From a virus, in IMG/VR virus record IMGVR_UViG_3300032401_000002, positions 86,168 to 150,167 of that record: DNA of 64,000 nucleotides. One strand, 5' to 3'. A model generated the notes under the pieces. The model searched no databases and was not told the origin of the DNA. It saw nothing but the letters and a program-made list of their open reading frames with translations. Below are positions 1-9,094 of the stretch, in pieces. Position 1 is the stretch's first letter. Every line of letters begins with the position of its first letter. The translations under genes were made by a program, and so were the position numbers.

Positions 1-147
1 GTTTGGTTCTCGTTGCTCTCCAAGTTAGATACGCAGCCAGAGGCCAAGGGGCTATTCAACTTCGTTAGCTTCTTCATGGCAATTCTGGTTCTGGGTGGGG
101 CGCTACTGGCCTTATTGGCTGGCCCGATGACCGCTGGGAGCACTTGA
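1..147 (+). CDS. 3' end of a membrane protein (truncated by window start)
   Basis: Open frame 1..147 reads VWFSLLSKLDTQPEAKGLFNFVSFFMAILVLGGALLALLAGPMTAGST*, with a hydrophobic C-terminal helix. Confidence 0.5.
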   Translation, partial: VWFSLLSKLDTQPEAKGLFNFVSFFMAILVLGGALLALLAGPMTAGST

Positions 148-225
148 GCCTGAGAGTGGGCACTAGAAGGGGTCTGTGCGGGCCTGTATGGCCTCCTAAG
201 AGCTTCCGAGGGCATACGGGGGTAC

Positions 226-585
226 TTACTCCACTGCGATGCCAAATCGCCTTAGATCGGCAATGGTAGCCTCGACCTCTTCGTGGCTGAGTCGCTCGTA
301 GTTCTCAAGCTCGTCTTCGTTCAGCGCGCGGGCGAACAACTCATCCTCGTCAACCTGAGCGCCATCTAGCGCGTCAAGGATCTCCTTGGCTTCGCCGGGG
401 TGCATCGCAATGATCATCGAGCGGAACCTGTGCCACTCTAGCTCCTGCGCTACTTCCTGCTCGTACACGATAACCGTCAAGAGCGCAAGCTGCTGCACGT
501 CATTCAAGTCGCCCTGTAGGATACCCTGACTATGAGCGAGGCGGCAGAGGGTTAGAGCGTGTGCCGACCCGCTGTCGATTTTAGC
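226..585 (-). CDS. Tail assembly chaperone, -1 frameshift (T-like) extension
   Basis: The 226..507 frame stays open up to 585, overlaps the end of 552..1082 in the -1 frame and has no good start of its own; this is the usual G/GT arrangement downstream of the tail tube gene. Confidence 0.65.
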   Translation of the reverse strand, partial: AKIDSGSAHALTLCRLAHSQGILQGDLNDVQQLALLTVIVYEQEVAQELEWHRFRSMIIAMHPGEAKEILDALDGAQVDEDELFARALNEDELENYERLSHEEVEATIADLRRFGIAVE

Positions 586-1082
586 TCAAGTTCACTGAAT
601 GCCTGTGCTTGTCGTAGAAGCAGGTTGCTGAACTCAAGGTAGATCGACTCGATCACGGGGTCGTACCACTTGACTACGCGCTCGAAGTTAGCTCGGATAC
701 GCTGAATCGGATCTCGCTCTTCATCGGCGGACAAAGCAGCCGACAAGGGGCGTCCGTCTAGCGTGAGGATACAGGCTGCCACGTACACAGCCTCGATGGC
801 GTCTCCCATGCCAAAGGACTCGTCGTAGTCCTTAACTAGAAGGCTGCACGCCAAGCGCTCTCCTCGACGGAGAGTCTTGATCGTGAAGGTGTGACCGAAG
901 ACCTCGATGTCTGAAGTCAGATAGCCCAGATAGAGAAGGCCCTCGACATCATCGTAGATCTTGGGATCGAACTCATCCGCCTTGTCGGCGTTGAGCATGG
1001 GCTGGTCTGTTTCCTCGTCACGTTCAACGGTGAACCCAGCCGGGCCAAAGTCCACATCGGACTCGAAGTCGGGATTAGACAT
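552..1082 (-). CDS. Tail assembly chaperone (G-like)
   Basis: Directly follows the tube gene; acidic; FTIKTL...E motif typical of myophage tail chaperones; strong SD TAAGGAGG. Confidence 0.7.
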   Translation of the reverse strand: MSNPDFESDVDFGPAGFTVERDEETDQPMLNADKADEFDPKIYDDVEGLLYLGYLTSDIEVFGHTFTIKTLRRGERLACSLLVKDYDESFGMGDAIEAVYVAACILTLDGRPLSAALSADEERDPIQRIRANFERVVKWYDPVIESIYLEFSNLLLRQAQAFSELELKSTAGRHTL

Positions 1083-1116
1083 GATACCTCCTTATCGGCC
1101 AGGAGGCGAGAGAACC

Positions 1117-1701
1117 TTAGTGAGTCTCTTGCTCCCGTGTCATGTACGTGTACATGACCGTCATCGTCTTGATGACCTCCATGGTGCCGATCTCGATCTG
1201 CTCGTCGTCCCGGATATCCGTGATGACGACGTTGTGGTAAAGCTCTGCGTAGTGCTTCACCTTCGGGCCACCGCGAACGCCTGTGTTCGGCGGGTAGATG
1301 ATCTTCGATGCGTTGACGGGCTTGTTGAGAGCCGACAGTCGCAGGAAGACTTCAGAAAGGTCGTTGTAGCGAGCGTTGGAGCGCTGTCCAGCCGTGCCGA
1401 AGCCACCCGTGTCCGTGATCTTCATGATCTGATCCCAGACCTTCTGGCCGTACATCTCGAACAACTGCACCTGTAGGGTGCCAGCGCCGATTGCGGCCGG
1501 GGTGATGATCTGGAGCGGGTACTGCTGGTCAAGAGGCTGGATGGCCACCGGGGTAGCAACGGGCTGCGGAGCCTGATGCGAAACCTGCTGGGCGAATCCA
1601 ATGACGTGACCGTTCCACCAGAAGCTGGTGAAACCGGAACCACCGACGCGGAACGGCTTGGTGCGGTTGAAGATGTTCTGCTGTGCGCTTGAAGATGCCA
1701 T
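1117..1701 (-). CDS. Tail tube protein
   Basis: 194 aa immediately after the sheath; RVGGSGFT...IGF, GAGTL, YHNVVITDIRDDEQIEIGTM resemble actinophage myovirus tubes. Confidence 0.8.
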   Translation of the reverse strand: MASSSAQQNIFNRTKPFRVGGSGFTSFWWNGHVIGFAQQVSHQAPQPVATPVAIQPLDQQYPLQIITPAAIGAGTLQVQLFEMYGQKVWDQIMKITDTGGFGTAGQRSNARYNDLSEVFLRLSALNKPVNASKIIYPPNTGVRGGPKVKHYAELYHNVVITDIRDDEQIEIGTMEVIKTMTVMYTYMTREQETH

Positions 1702-1711
1702 TGTCTAGTCC

Positions 1712-3715
1712 TTAGATGCCCTGGACGTTCGTTGCGTCCGTTGTGTCGAAGGTTACGCCCTGAGCGGAGTCGATGCTGAAGCTGATCGAGACCTGGTTGA
1801 GCGGGTATGCGGGTAGGTAGCTGAAGCGAACCTCAAGAGCGCTCGCGTCAGACGGGTTCCTACGAACCTGGATCGACTGGTAAGAAACCAGCGCACCCTC
1901 AGAGCGGAGACGCTCCAGGACAGCCGTGACGATAAGCTGAACTCGGAAGTTCGACTGGTCGTCCAGGACGATCTGGCCAATGACCTCTGTGTCGATGCTC
2001 TCGCGGATGTTCTCCATCATGTACTGCTTGGCGCGAACAACATTGAACTCTCGGCGAACCAGAGTATCCGTTGCGGTGGTGATCGCATGACGTACCTGGA
2101 TCGTTCCACGCTTGGCCTCAATGACCGTCAGGCCCGCCTGTGCGTCGGCGTCCTTGTCGGTCTCGGTGCGTGAGTCGTTGACTGATGTGATGACATTGAT
2201 ACGCTTGCGCGTCATCGGAGTCTGCACGGGGTAGCGACTAAGTGCGCCTGCGAAGGCTGCTGCTACGTACTGACCGCCGAAGAGGGCGTCCACCCCGGTG
2301 ACGGGGTTAGCGAAGTTGAAGGATGACGGCGATACGAAGAGCACACTGTCAGCCGGGGTGCGAGCACCAATGGCCTGAGCGTGAGCCTGTAGAGTGGCCT
2401 TGGAAGCCAAGGCACCACCAGTGCCGTCCTCGCCTACGATAGCCACGAGCAACTGCTGTTGCTGCTGGGCCATGTAGTTGACATGATCCTGCACCTTCTG
2501 TAGAATCTGAAGGTTGAGGGAGTCCGTGACCGTTGTAGCCAGGTTGCCAGCGGCGATGATCGGGACGATAACGTTTACGTCTTCGATGTCGCGAAGGTTC
2601 TTAAGGGTGTCCTCCCAGTCGTTGACACTGCCTGTCGGAGTCGTGCGCGGGCTACCTTCTGTGAAGAGAGCCTGGACGATCACGCTAGCAGCGCCGTTCT
2701 CGAATGCAACCGAAGCTGCGAAAGACACTGGATTGAGAATGTTTCCAACTGAGTCGTAAGCCGGGCCGAACTTGTCCTCGACATCACTCTGGCCGAAGCA
2801 GCGGGTCGGGAGCCAGTAGTCGCTCGGTGTCGCACGGTAAGAGACTCGGACGGCGAGCTTGTCAGCCGAAGCGCCAATCGTAGTCGTTCCCGCCGAACGG
2901 CTTAGCTGAAGGGTTGCCCCTGTGCCGGTCAAGATGTAGTCCAGATCGGTGGTGGTGCCCTTCTGATAGAGAGCAGAAGTGTTGGCGAATGTGCCGGGTG
3001 CTGTCTTGACAACAATGTTGTCGGCAGTTGTCGGCAGGTTGACCGGAGTCAGGTTGTTCAACTGCACCGCGATGTCGCTGAACTGAACAGCGCCAACTGT
3101 GTAGTCGAGGTAGACAGTCTGGAACTTCCTGAGAACAGTCGCCGTGTTGACCCAAACGATGGTCGGGGTTGCGCCTCCTGCGCCAACGACTGCGTAGTCC
3201 GCAACCGGGGCCAGGCCCTCGGTGCCGACCTTGACGGTAGCCGATACGGTTCCCGAAGTGCGCTGAGCCGGGGTAGCAAGGCTCGTGCCATTAAGGACGA
3301 TGGACTCGGTCTTACCGTCACCCTGCGACGGTGAACCTGAGTTCTCGAAGTACACGACAACCGACTCGCCATTGCCAATGGTGGTCTGCATCGCGCGAAC
3401 GATGCTGACGATCCCCTGAGTAGTCAAGAGGGTCGAGTCAACGTTATAGTCTAGATTGGTCAGAGTGGTTGAAGCCCGGAAAGGCTCAAGGGTTACGTTG
3501 CTCGCGTCACGAACGACGATGGTGCTGGTGTCCACGTTGAGAGCACCAAGCTGGATGGGAGTGTTGTCGTCCAGAACGAACACCTGAACGAAATCCTCAT
3601 AGCCCTGTCCAGGGCCGACAATGCAGATCGACGTAGGATCTAGCAGGATGGGCGAGAACGACGGTGATACGATCTCACTGACGGTTACGCCGGGCTTTAC
3701 GTATGCGAGTGCCAA
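1712..3715 (-). CDS. Tail sheath protein (contractile tail)
   Basis: N-terminal YVKPGVTVSE; C-terminal sheath motifs VAAAFAG, VRHAITT, REFNVVR, F-Y-PAYPLNQV. Confidence 0.9.
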   Translation of the reverse strand: MALAYVKPGVTVSEIVSPSFSPILLDPTSICIVGPGQGYEDFVQVFVLDDNTPIQLGALNVDTSTIVVRDASNVTLEPFRASTTLTNLDYNVDSTLLTTQGIVSIVRAMQTTIGNGESVVVYFENSGSPSQGDGKTESIVLNGTSLATPAQRTSGTVSATVKVGTEGLAPVADYAVVGAGGATPTIVWVNTATVLRKFQTVYLDYTVGAVQFSDIAVQLNNLTPVNLPTTADNIVVKTAPGTFANTSALYQKGTTTDLDYILTGTGATLQLSRSAGTTTIGASADKLAVRVSYRATPSDYWLPTRCFGQSDVEDKFGPAYDSVGNILNPVSFAASVAFENGAASVIVQALFTEGSPRTTPTGSVNDWEDTLKNLRDIEDVNVIVPIIAAGNLATTVTDSLNLQILQKVQDHVNYMAQQQQQLLVAIVGEDGTGGALASKATLQAHAQAIGARTPADSVLFVSPSSFNFANPVTGVDALFGGQYVAAAFAGALSRYPVQTPMTRKRINVITSVNDSRTETDKDADAQAGLTVIEAKRGTIQVRHAITTATDTLVRREFNVVRAKQYMMENIRESIDTEVIGQIVLDDQSNFRVQLIVTAVLERLRSEGALVSYQSIQVRRNPSDASALEVRFSYLPAYPLNQVSISFSIDSAQGVTFDTTDATNVQGI

Positions 3716-3793
3716 GGGTTTCAGAGTCTCCTAAAGGGTTTCAATCTCAAACCTTAGGGTGGAGTAGACGGCTAGAAAGTAGCGGCCGTGTCA

Positions 3794-4951
3794 TTAGGCT
3801 GTAGTCACCGTGCCAAAGCTGGCCTCGCTGCCCTTGCCTGTGATGTTGACAGTGAGCTTGAAGGTCGGGGTGCCAAAGGTCGGGGTGCTCGTGAATCCTG
3901 TTACGTTGGCCGTTCTGTTCACACTCTTGGAACCAAAGGCTGCTGCTGACCCAAGACCAGTCACAGACACGTTGATGTGGCCTGTGAATGTCGGGGTGCC
4001 GAACGATGCCGCCGAACCGAGGCCGGTCACGTTGGTCGTCCTTGAGATCTTCAGTGTACCAATCGAGGCCACGGAGTTTAGTCCGACCAGAGTCGTCGTG
4101 GTGTTTACCGACAAGACACCGAAAGCCTGCGTTCCTGTTAGGCCCACAAGCGTGGTTGCCGTGTTCACCTTCAAGGTGCCGAAGGCTGCCGCTGAGCCAA
4201 GCGCAGACCCAATCGGGATGAATGTCCATCCAGGGATGATCGTGGTTGTGCCGAAGCTGGCAGCCGACCCCAGACCTGTGATGTTGACCGTCATGTCTTC
4301 TCGGGCTAGCGCGCCAATCTGGGCCGCTGAGCCAAGACCCGTCACGTTCACCGTGCGACTGATAGTGGTCGTACCGAATGCTGCGGCCGAGCCGAGAGCA
4401 GGCGGGAACGCCTGAGTGTTGATCTTGAAGACGCCGAAGGAAGCCGCCGAGTTGAGTCCAGGGATGGGAACGGTTGTCTTGAACGTGCGTGTTCCGAAGG
4501 CTGGCGTGCTGGAAAGCCCGGTGATGTTGACCGTTCTCTTGTTGCCGACCACGCCGAATGCGGGTACGCTGCTGAGGCCAACCGTGTTGACTGTCCTGCT
4601 GATGTAGACGGTGCCAATGCTTGCTGCTGAGCCAAGTCCAACGAGCGTCTTCTTGTGGTTGACATGCAACGTACCGAACGCTGCCGCCGATGCGAGAGCC
4701 GTTGGCGCAACGAACTGGATGTTGTAGGTCTCGTCCGCCGAGATAACGCCCGTGCCTCGAACCCACTGGTAGTCATCATCGTTATCGGTCTGGTACTCTG
4801 CGCCCGTTACAACACCAACAGCCCTGAGGCGGTTAGGATAGCTGTACGGGTGATTCGGGTCGGGATCGAGGTTGTTGTCCTCGTACTCGAACGGATTCGA
4901 CCAAGCAAGCTCGGGATGATCGCTGAACGGAAGAATGAGAGTGCTAGACAT
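3794..4951 (-). CDS. Virion fibre-like protein with ~15 copies of a 20-aa VNVTGLGSAASFGT repeat
   Basis: Repeats visible in the translation; lies between neck and sheath genes. Confidence 0.7.
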   Translation of the reverse strand: MSSTLILPFSDHPELAWSNPFEYEDNNLDPDPNHPYSYPNRLRAVGVVTGAEYQTDNDDDYQWVRGTGVISADETYNIQFVAPTALASAAAFGTLHVNHKKTLVGLGSAASIGTVYISRTVNTVGLSSVPAFGVVGNKRTVNITGLSSTPAFGTRTFKTTVPIPGLNSAASFGVFKINTQAFPPALGSAAAFGTTTISRTVNVTGLGSAAQIGALAREDMTVNITGLGSAASFGTTTIIPGWTFIPIGSALGSAAAFGTLKVNTATTLVGLTGTQAFGVLSVNTTTTLVGLNSVASIGTLKISRTTNVTGLGSAASFGTPTFTGHINVSVTGLGSAAAFGSKSVNRTANVTGFTSTPTFGTPTFKLTVNITGKGSEASFGTVTTA

Positions 4952-5615
4952 CGAAGTCCACCGGCTGTTCGAACTGCGGATACGACTGTGACTCTACTCG
5001 CGTGATGAATGACCACTGATCCTGCGGGTAGGTGTTGTAGAAGCCACCATGGATCTCGATGTTCAAGTCTGACGAGTACACCAACACGTCCTCGGGAGAC
5101 CATGGGGCGATCTGGGCCGTGACGCCACCGTCGTTGATTTCGTCCACGTTGAGCATCAACTGGCTGAATGCCAGCATGAGGGGGTCATCGGGTGACCCAT
5201 AGATGCTGGTGAAGAAGTTACCTAGCTGGGCGTCAAGACGACCGAAGCTCAGAACCTCGACCAGTGAGTCCACCAGGAGGTCAAGGTCGAGAGGGGTCAG
5301 GGCGTGGCATGAGAAGTTCAACGTGCCCTCGAAGCGACGATGATTCCACTTTCTGAGGATTTCGTTGTCGTCTAGGAACCACTCTTCGTGACCCACGCCA
5401 GCGTTGATGATCCTCTGGCCGTTGTACTCTACCACGATAGACGGGTAGTCCAACTTGACGAGGGGATAGTGCGGCGTGATCTTGAGATCGACAAGCTGAC
5501 GCTCGCGCGTGTAAGCCGTGTCGTAGACTGCATGCAGGGCGTTGACGATCCCTCGCAGGACAAGTCGGCGATAGGAGGTAACAGAAAGATCAGTTGTGCG
5601 GAGCGCTTCACTCAT
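4944..5615 (-). CDS. Tail terminator / tail completion protein
   Basis: Position before the sheath; YPLVKLDYPSIVV and downstream beta pattern typical of tail terminators. Confidence 0.65.
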   Translation of the reverse strand: MSEALRTTDLSVTSYRRLVLRGIVNALHAVYDTAYTRERQLVDLKITPHYPLVKLDYPSIVVEYNGQRIINAGVGHEEWFLDDNEILRKWNHRRFEGTLNFSCHALTPLDLDLLVDSLVEVLSFGRLDAQLGNFFTSIYGSPDDPLMLAFSQLMLNVDEINDGGVTAQIAPWSPEDVLVYSSDLNIEIHGGFYNTYPQDQWSFITRVESQSYPQFEQPVDFDV

Positions 5616-5947
5616 ACTCTCAACCCATCGAGAAGGCTTTGTACGAACACTTGAGTCTCGGAGCTATCTGACATAGCTTCCTCCATCGAATCAAGACCAA
5701 TCTGTGTGACTTGCGTGTAGATGCTTTGATCGAGCAGGATAGCCTTCACCATGGCATCTTTGGTCTCCAGGCGATACCCGTATTCGCCATCATCCAGAGT
5801 GGCCTTGAAGGGTGCCCATGATCGTCTTAGGCCCTTGACGTTTGCGTCAGACTGACCCTGGATCAGGAGCGGCAAGATCTCTGTTCGCGCTCGTCGGTTG
5901 GCGATCTTGACGGCTAGTCTGACCACGCTCTGCTGTGCGGTAGGCAT
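5612..5947 (-). CDS. Hypothetical neck-region protein
   Basis: Translationally coupled within the neck operon. Confidence 0.55.
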   Translation of the reverse strand: MPTAQQSVVRLAVKIANRRARTEILPLLIQGQSDANVKGLRRSWAPFKATLDDGEYGYRLETKDAMVKAILLDQSIYTQVTQIGLDSMEEAMSDSSETQVFVQSLLDGLRV

Positions 5948-6729
5948 TAGACGGTCGTAACCAATCCGAAGTCGTGCGCGTTCGTCAGCCCAACGGGCCT
6001 CTTGCTACTATTGACAACCAAGTCGCTGAAGTAGATTGAATCTACGGGAACCCCGTACAAGGCACTGTTGGTCGGAGCCTTGCTCATCTGGAAACTCTGC
6101 CCCACCTGGAATGGCTGATGACCACTGCGCTGCGCTCCTCGTCTACCTAGGCCGCGCATGGTGATCTGCTGAACGCGCTTCAACTGGAATCGATCATGCA
6201 TGTCGGTGATCGTGTAGCCATCCTGATCTAGCACAACGTTGATGCAGAGATCGTTGTCGCCCAGTCTGGGGTACCAAGGGGCCACACCTTCTGCATCGAA
6301 GGTCTGGATCATCACACCCTGCTCGTTGACTCGGAAGACATCAATTGCTACGTCAGGCTCAAGGAGCCAAGTCAGAAGTGGATTGGCGAAGCCTCCGTAA
6401 CGAGGGGCCTTGATTGATCCATTCGGCTGCGCGCCCGTCACGAGTTGTCCGTCAGTGGTGACCCAGACATCGAACGGATTGTCCTCGACTGACACGAATC
6501 CGAAGCTGTAGCAAACTGGGCAATCGTTTCGCGTCTGCTCGTACACTGAATCGAAGCAGGCCGGGCACTTCTTGGCTTCGCCGTTCTCGACATCGTCTAG
6601 GTTGTACATGTGACGAAAGACAACAGGCTGGCCCATCTTGCGACACAGATCCATGTTCTCGCGACGAAGTCTCTTGATCTCCTGCGGAGTGTTCGGCGGG
6701 CCGACCTCGCGAAAGGTTACGTACCGCAC
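5947..6729 (-). CDS. Head-closure / head-to-tail connector protein with Zn ribbon
   Basis: CPAC...CPVCYSFGF; position in the neck operon; C-terminal single copy of the fibre repeat. Confidence 0.65.
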   Translation of the reverse strand: MRYVTFREVGPPNTPQEIKRLRRENMDLCRKMGQPVVFRHMYNLDDVENGEAKKCPACFDSVYEQTRNDCPVCYSFGFVSVEDNPFDVWVTTDGQLVTGAQPNGSIKAPRYGGFANPLLTWLLEPDVAIDVFRVNEQGVMIQTFDAEGVAPWYPRLGDNDLCINVVLDQDGYTITDMHDRFQLKRVQQITMRGLGRRGAQRSGHQPFQVGQSFQMSKAPTNSALYGVPVDSIYFSDLVVNSSKRPVGLTNAHDFGLVTTV

Positions 6730-7599
6730 TTAGAAGCCCCTGCCGACGTTCCTTGACCGCATCGGGCCAGGAAGCATGCGACCGGCCTTCGTACCGAGGA
6801 GGAGAGAGCCGTGCGTGATGTCGTAACCACGGAGCTTGACTTGCTTCGTCCACTTGTCGAACAATGGAGCTTCAACATCGTAGACAGCTTTCCAAGCCTG
6901 CTGGTATCGCTTTCTGTCCATGAAGGCTACGGGAGACGAGACAACATCGGGCTGCTCGGTGTACGAGCGCATCAGATGTCGGATGGATGCAACGAGTAGG
7001 CCCTGGGCTGCCAGTGGGCCGTATGACCCCTGCGACCATGGGTAGCTAGCCTCAGTGTAGTCGGAGAACGGCATCGTCTCGTTCACGTTCATGATGACCT
7101 CTGGAATGAAGGCTCGAATCTTGGTCTTATCGAAGACAGCCAGTGTCTGATCCCGGAGCCAAGGGCCACCCAGTTCAGAGTCGAAGCAGTCTTCTAGCTT
7201 GAGCCATGCCATGTCAACGTATGGATCAGACACCGCAGACCCAGAGCGAACAAACGGATCAATGACAGTGAAGTCAACAATGACAGACTTGAGGGCGTTC
7301 GGGTACGGTGCAGAAGATACGCCAGTGTAGTCGAACGTCATGACGCCCTTGTACTCACCGGGTATGTCAGTTAGGTTGATAACCTGGAACTGAGCATGAC
7401 CGTCACCAACGATGTCTGCTGGATTGCTCTGGACAGATGGTGTGTTGGGATCATCACCCGGCTTCAGGATTGTGACGATGGCCGATGTGATATCGCCCAT
7501 GGGGATCAGAGTGTCGCCCGCGTTGTTGTACAGCCAGCCGTCTAGAATGGCGCTGTCATTCAGCATCACATTGGGCTGTCGCTCGTATCCGAAACTCAT
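6730..7599 (-). CDS. Head-to-tail adaptor (N-terminal Ig/BppU-like domain)
   Basis: EDCFDSELGGPWL and HLMRSYTEQP motifs like Bxz1-type adaptors; position. Confidence 0.65.
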   Translation of the reverse strand: MSFGYERQPNVMLNDSAILDGWLYNNAGDTLIPMGDITSAIVTILKPGDDPNTPSVQSNPADIVGDGHAQFQVINLTDIPGEYKGVMTFDYTGVSSAPYPNALKSVIVDFTVIDPFVRSGSAVSDPYVDMAWLKLEDCFDSELGGPWLRDQTLAVFDKTKIRAFIPEVIMNVNETMPFSDYTEASYPWSQGSYGPLAAQGLLVASIRHLMRSYTEQPDVVSSPVAFMDRKRYQQAWKAVYDVEAPLFDKWTKQVKLRGYDITHGSLLLGTKAGRMLPGPMRSRNVGRGF

Positions 7600-7619
7600 G
7601 TTCTCTCTCCTACCGCCAT

Positions 7620-7790
7620 GGGTGTGGGTCTGCCTAGCCTTGTCTCAGGAACTCGCATTGGAACCTTAGCCTCGGCGTGCCCGACCTGTCCGAGTAAGTG
7701 CTCCCCCCTGCCCCTAGAGAGTCCCGAAGGCTGGCGCAGGTTATGGGTGAGCCGATCACTTGCGACAAGACCCGTTCGTTGTCATCACCC
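7620..7790 (-). ncRNA. Candidate structured RNA or 5' leader
   Basis: Non-coding 190-bp gap with end-to-end pairing (GGGTG/CACCC, GGGTCT/AGACCC, CTTGTC/GACAAG) and two internal hairpins; starts right after a late-promoter-like motif. Confidence 0.5.
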
Positions 7791-7845
7791 CTTAGGTGGC
7801 TGATTGACCTCTGTCTGTAGTGACCTAACAACCCGGTGACTTCTG

Positions 7846-7854
7846 TGCTAGAAT
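7846..7854 (+). promoter_or_regulatory. sigmaA-type extended -10 (TGcTAGAAT), probably leaderless
   Basis: 7 nt upstream of the ATG at 7862. Confidence 0.55.
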
Positions 7855-7861
7855 AGGTGAC

Positions 7862-8287
7862 ATGTGGGATTCAGGCATCGCTCGCTACCAGCTAGCCATA
7901 CCCGAAGCCAGTAACGCCGACGAGAGTGGTCAGCAACAGGATCTCACCTGGATGCTGCCTGGCATCTTGAAAGCGCTGGCTAAGGCTGGCTACGGTGACT
8001 CGACCGTGCGCAAGCACATCGATGGCGTCTGGACGAACCCTGACACGGGTGAGTCTTTCGCTGAGCCAATGACCTGGATTGACCTGGACGTGGAGGACAC
8101 GCCTGAGAATGATCAGACACTCCACTCGTTCGCTGCCGAGGTCGCACGCGCGACTGGACAGCACAAGCTGTACTTCAACAAGATTCCCCTTCCTCGTGTC
8201 CTAGTCTCCCCTTCGGAGACCGCTCATCCACTCTTTGAGCTACCGGACATGGCCGCAGGCGGGAATCTCTCACCAGACTTCCCCTAG
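7862..8287 (+). CDS. PII/DUF3574-like ferredoxin-fold protein (possible SAM-lyase family)
   Basis: GVWTNPDTGESFAEP and ATGQHKLY motifs. Confidence 0.45.
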   Translation: MWDSGIARYQLAIPEASNADESGQQQDLTWMLPGILKALAKAGYGDSTVRKHIDGVWTNPDTGESFAEPMTWIDLDVEDTPENDQTLHSFAAEVARATGQHKLYFNKIPLPRVLVSPSETAHPLFELPDMAAGGNLSPDFP

Positions 8288-8449
8288 GAGGGGTCGTGTA
8301 CGGCTCTCAGAGCCGTTCTAAGCGCCATTGAGGGGTATACCCTACCACCAACATGGCTTTACAGAAAGGACAGGGCAGAAGCCCCCGTACGAGAAGCATG
8401 GCAGGCCCGTAGTTTCGGTCTCAAACGATGTTCTCAGTACGGCAGTGTT

Positions 8450-8869
8450 ATGAGACATATCAAGACACAAATCGCGATTGTCGTCCTGGCAATCGCTGTG
8501 ACACTCACCGGGACAGCACACGCAACACAAGCCACACCATCTGTTACGAAGCAGACGTGGCAATGGCAATACAAGGTATGGATGCCCCAGCACTGGCAGA
8601 ATCTTGCTCAGTGTGAAGAGCATCTCGACTGGCACCACTCAGGGGGAGATTACGAAGGAGCTTTCGCCTTTGCACGAACTACATGGGATGCCTTTAAGTA
8701 CAATGGGTACCCTAGCTCTGCTGCCAACGCAACACCATGGCAACAGTACCGTGTAGCCCGCAGGATTGCCGCCCACTATCACTCAATCGCTGGATCGTGG
8801 GGCTGCTGGAGAGGCCCGCAACATGCCTGGGTCAGGAATGGGTTACCTGAACATGGCACATGGAAGTAA
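8450..8869 (+). CDS. Secreted Rpf-like lytic transglycosylase
   Basis: Signal peptide followed by WQNLAQCE...YEGAFAF..TTW...A..ATPWQQY.VA......SWGC (Rpf domain with catalytic Glu and Cys pair). Confidence 0.8.
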   Translation: MRHIKTQIAIVVLAIAVTLTGTAHATQATPSVTKQTWQWQYKVWMPQHWQNLAQCEEHLDWHHSGGDYEGAFAFARTTWDAFKYNGYPSSAANATPWQQYRVARRIAAHYHSIAGSWGCWRGPQHAWVRNGLPEHGTWK

Positions 8870-8872
8870 ACT

Positions 8873-8894
8873 GAGGGGGCCAATCGGCCCCCTC
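8873..8894. terminator. Hairpin terminator between convergent genes
   Basis: GAGGGGGCC-aatc-GGCCCCCTC. Confidence 0.75.
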
Positions 8895-8896
8895 TT

Positions 8897-9094
8897 CTAC
8901 GCCGAGCGCTTAACCATCCACTCTTTCTTGTCGTGTACGTACACGATGTTGTCGGGGTATTCGACCTCGCTCATGGTCGATAGATCCTCGGGTGGTAGAT
9001 CAAACCCACCTAGTTCTCCGGGTCGCCCCCAGAGATCGACGGACAGCTTGTCTAGCTGGCGCATCTTCCACCAGAGACGGAGACGAGTGATCAT
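8897..9094 (-). CDS. Hypothetical protein
   Basis: ATGA-coupled to the upstream gene. Confidence 0.55.
   Translation of the reverse strand: MITRLRLWWKMRQLDKLSVDLWGRPGELGGFDLPPEDLSTMSEVEYPDNIVYVHDKKEWMVKRSA

Noticed and set aside
1712-3715. Occasional KxA tripeptides in tail proteins (e.g. KTAP in the sheath)
   Set aside because: Isolated and not at domain boundaries; they show the motif also arises by chance, so only boundary-associated copies were counted
3810-4607. Long + strand ORFs antisense to the repeat proteins (also 53271-54656)
   Set aside because: Shadow frames produced by GC-rich codon bias and repeats; no SD and no recognisable motifs
7620-7790. tRNA, tmRNA or SRP identity for the structured RNA
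   Set aside because: No T-loop/CCA cloverleaf; the SRP helix-8 consensus is incomplete (CAGG present, GNRA and AGCA absent)
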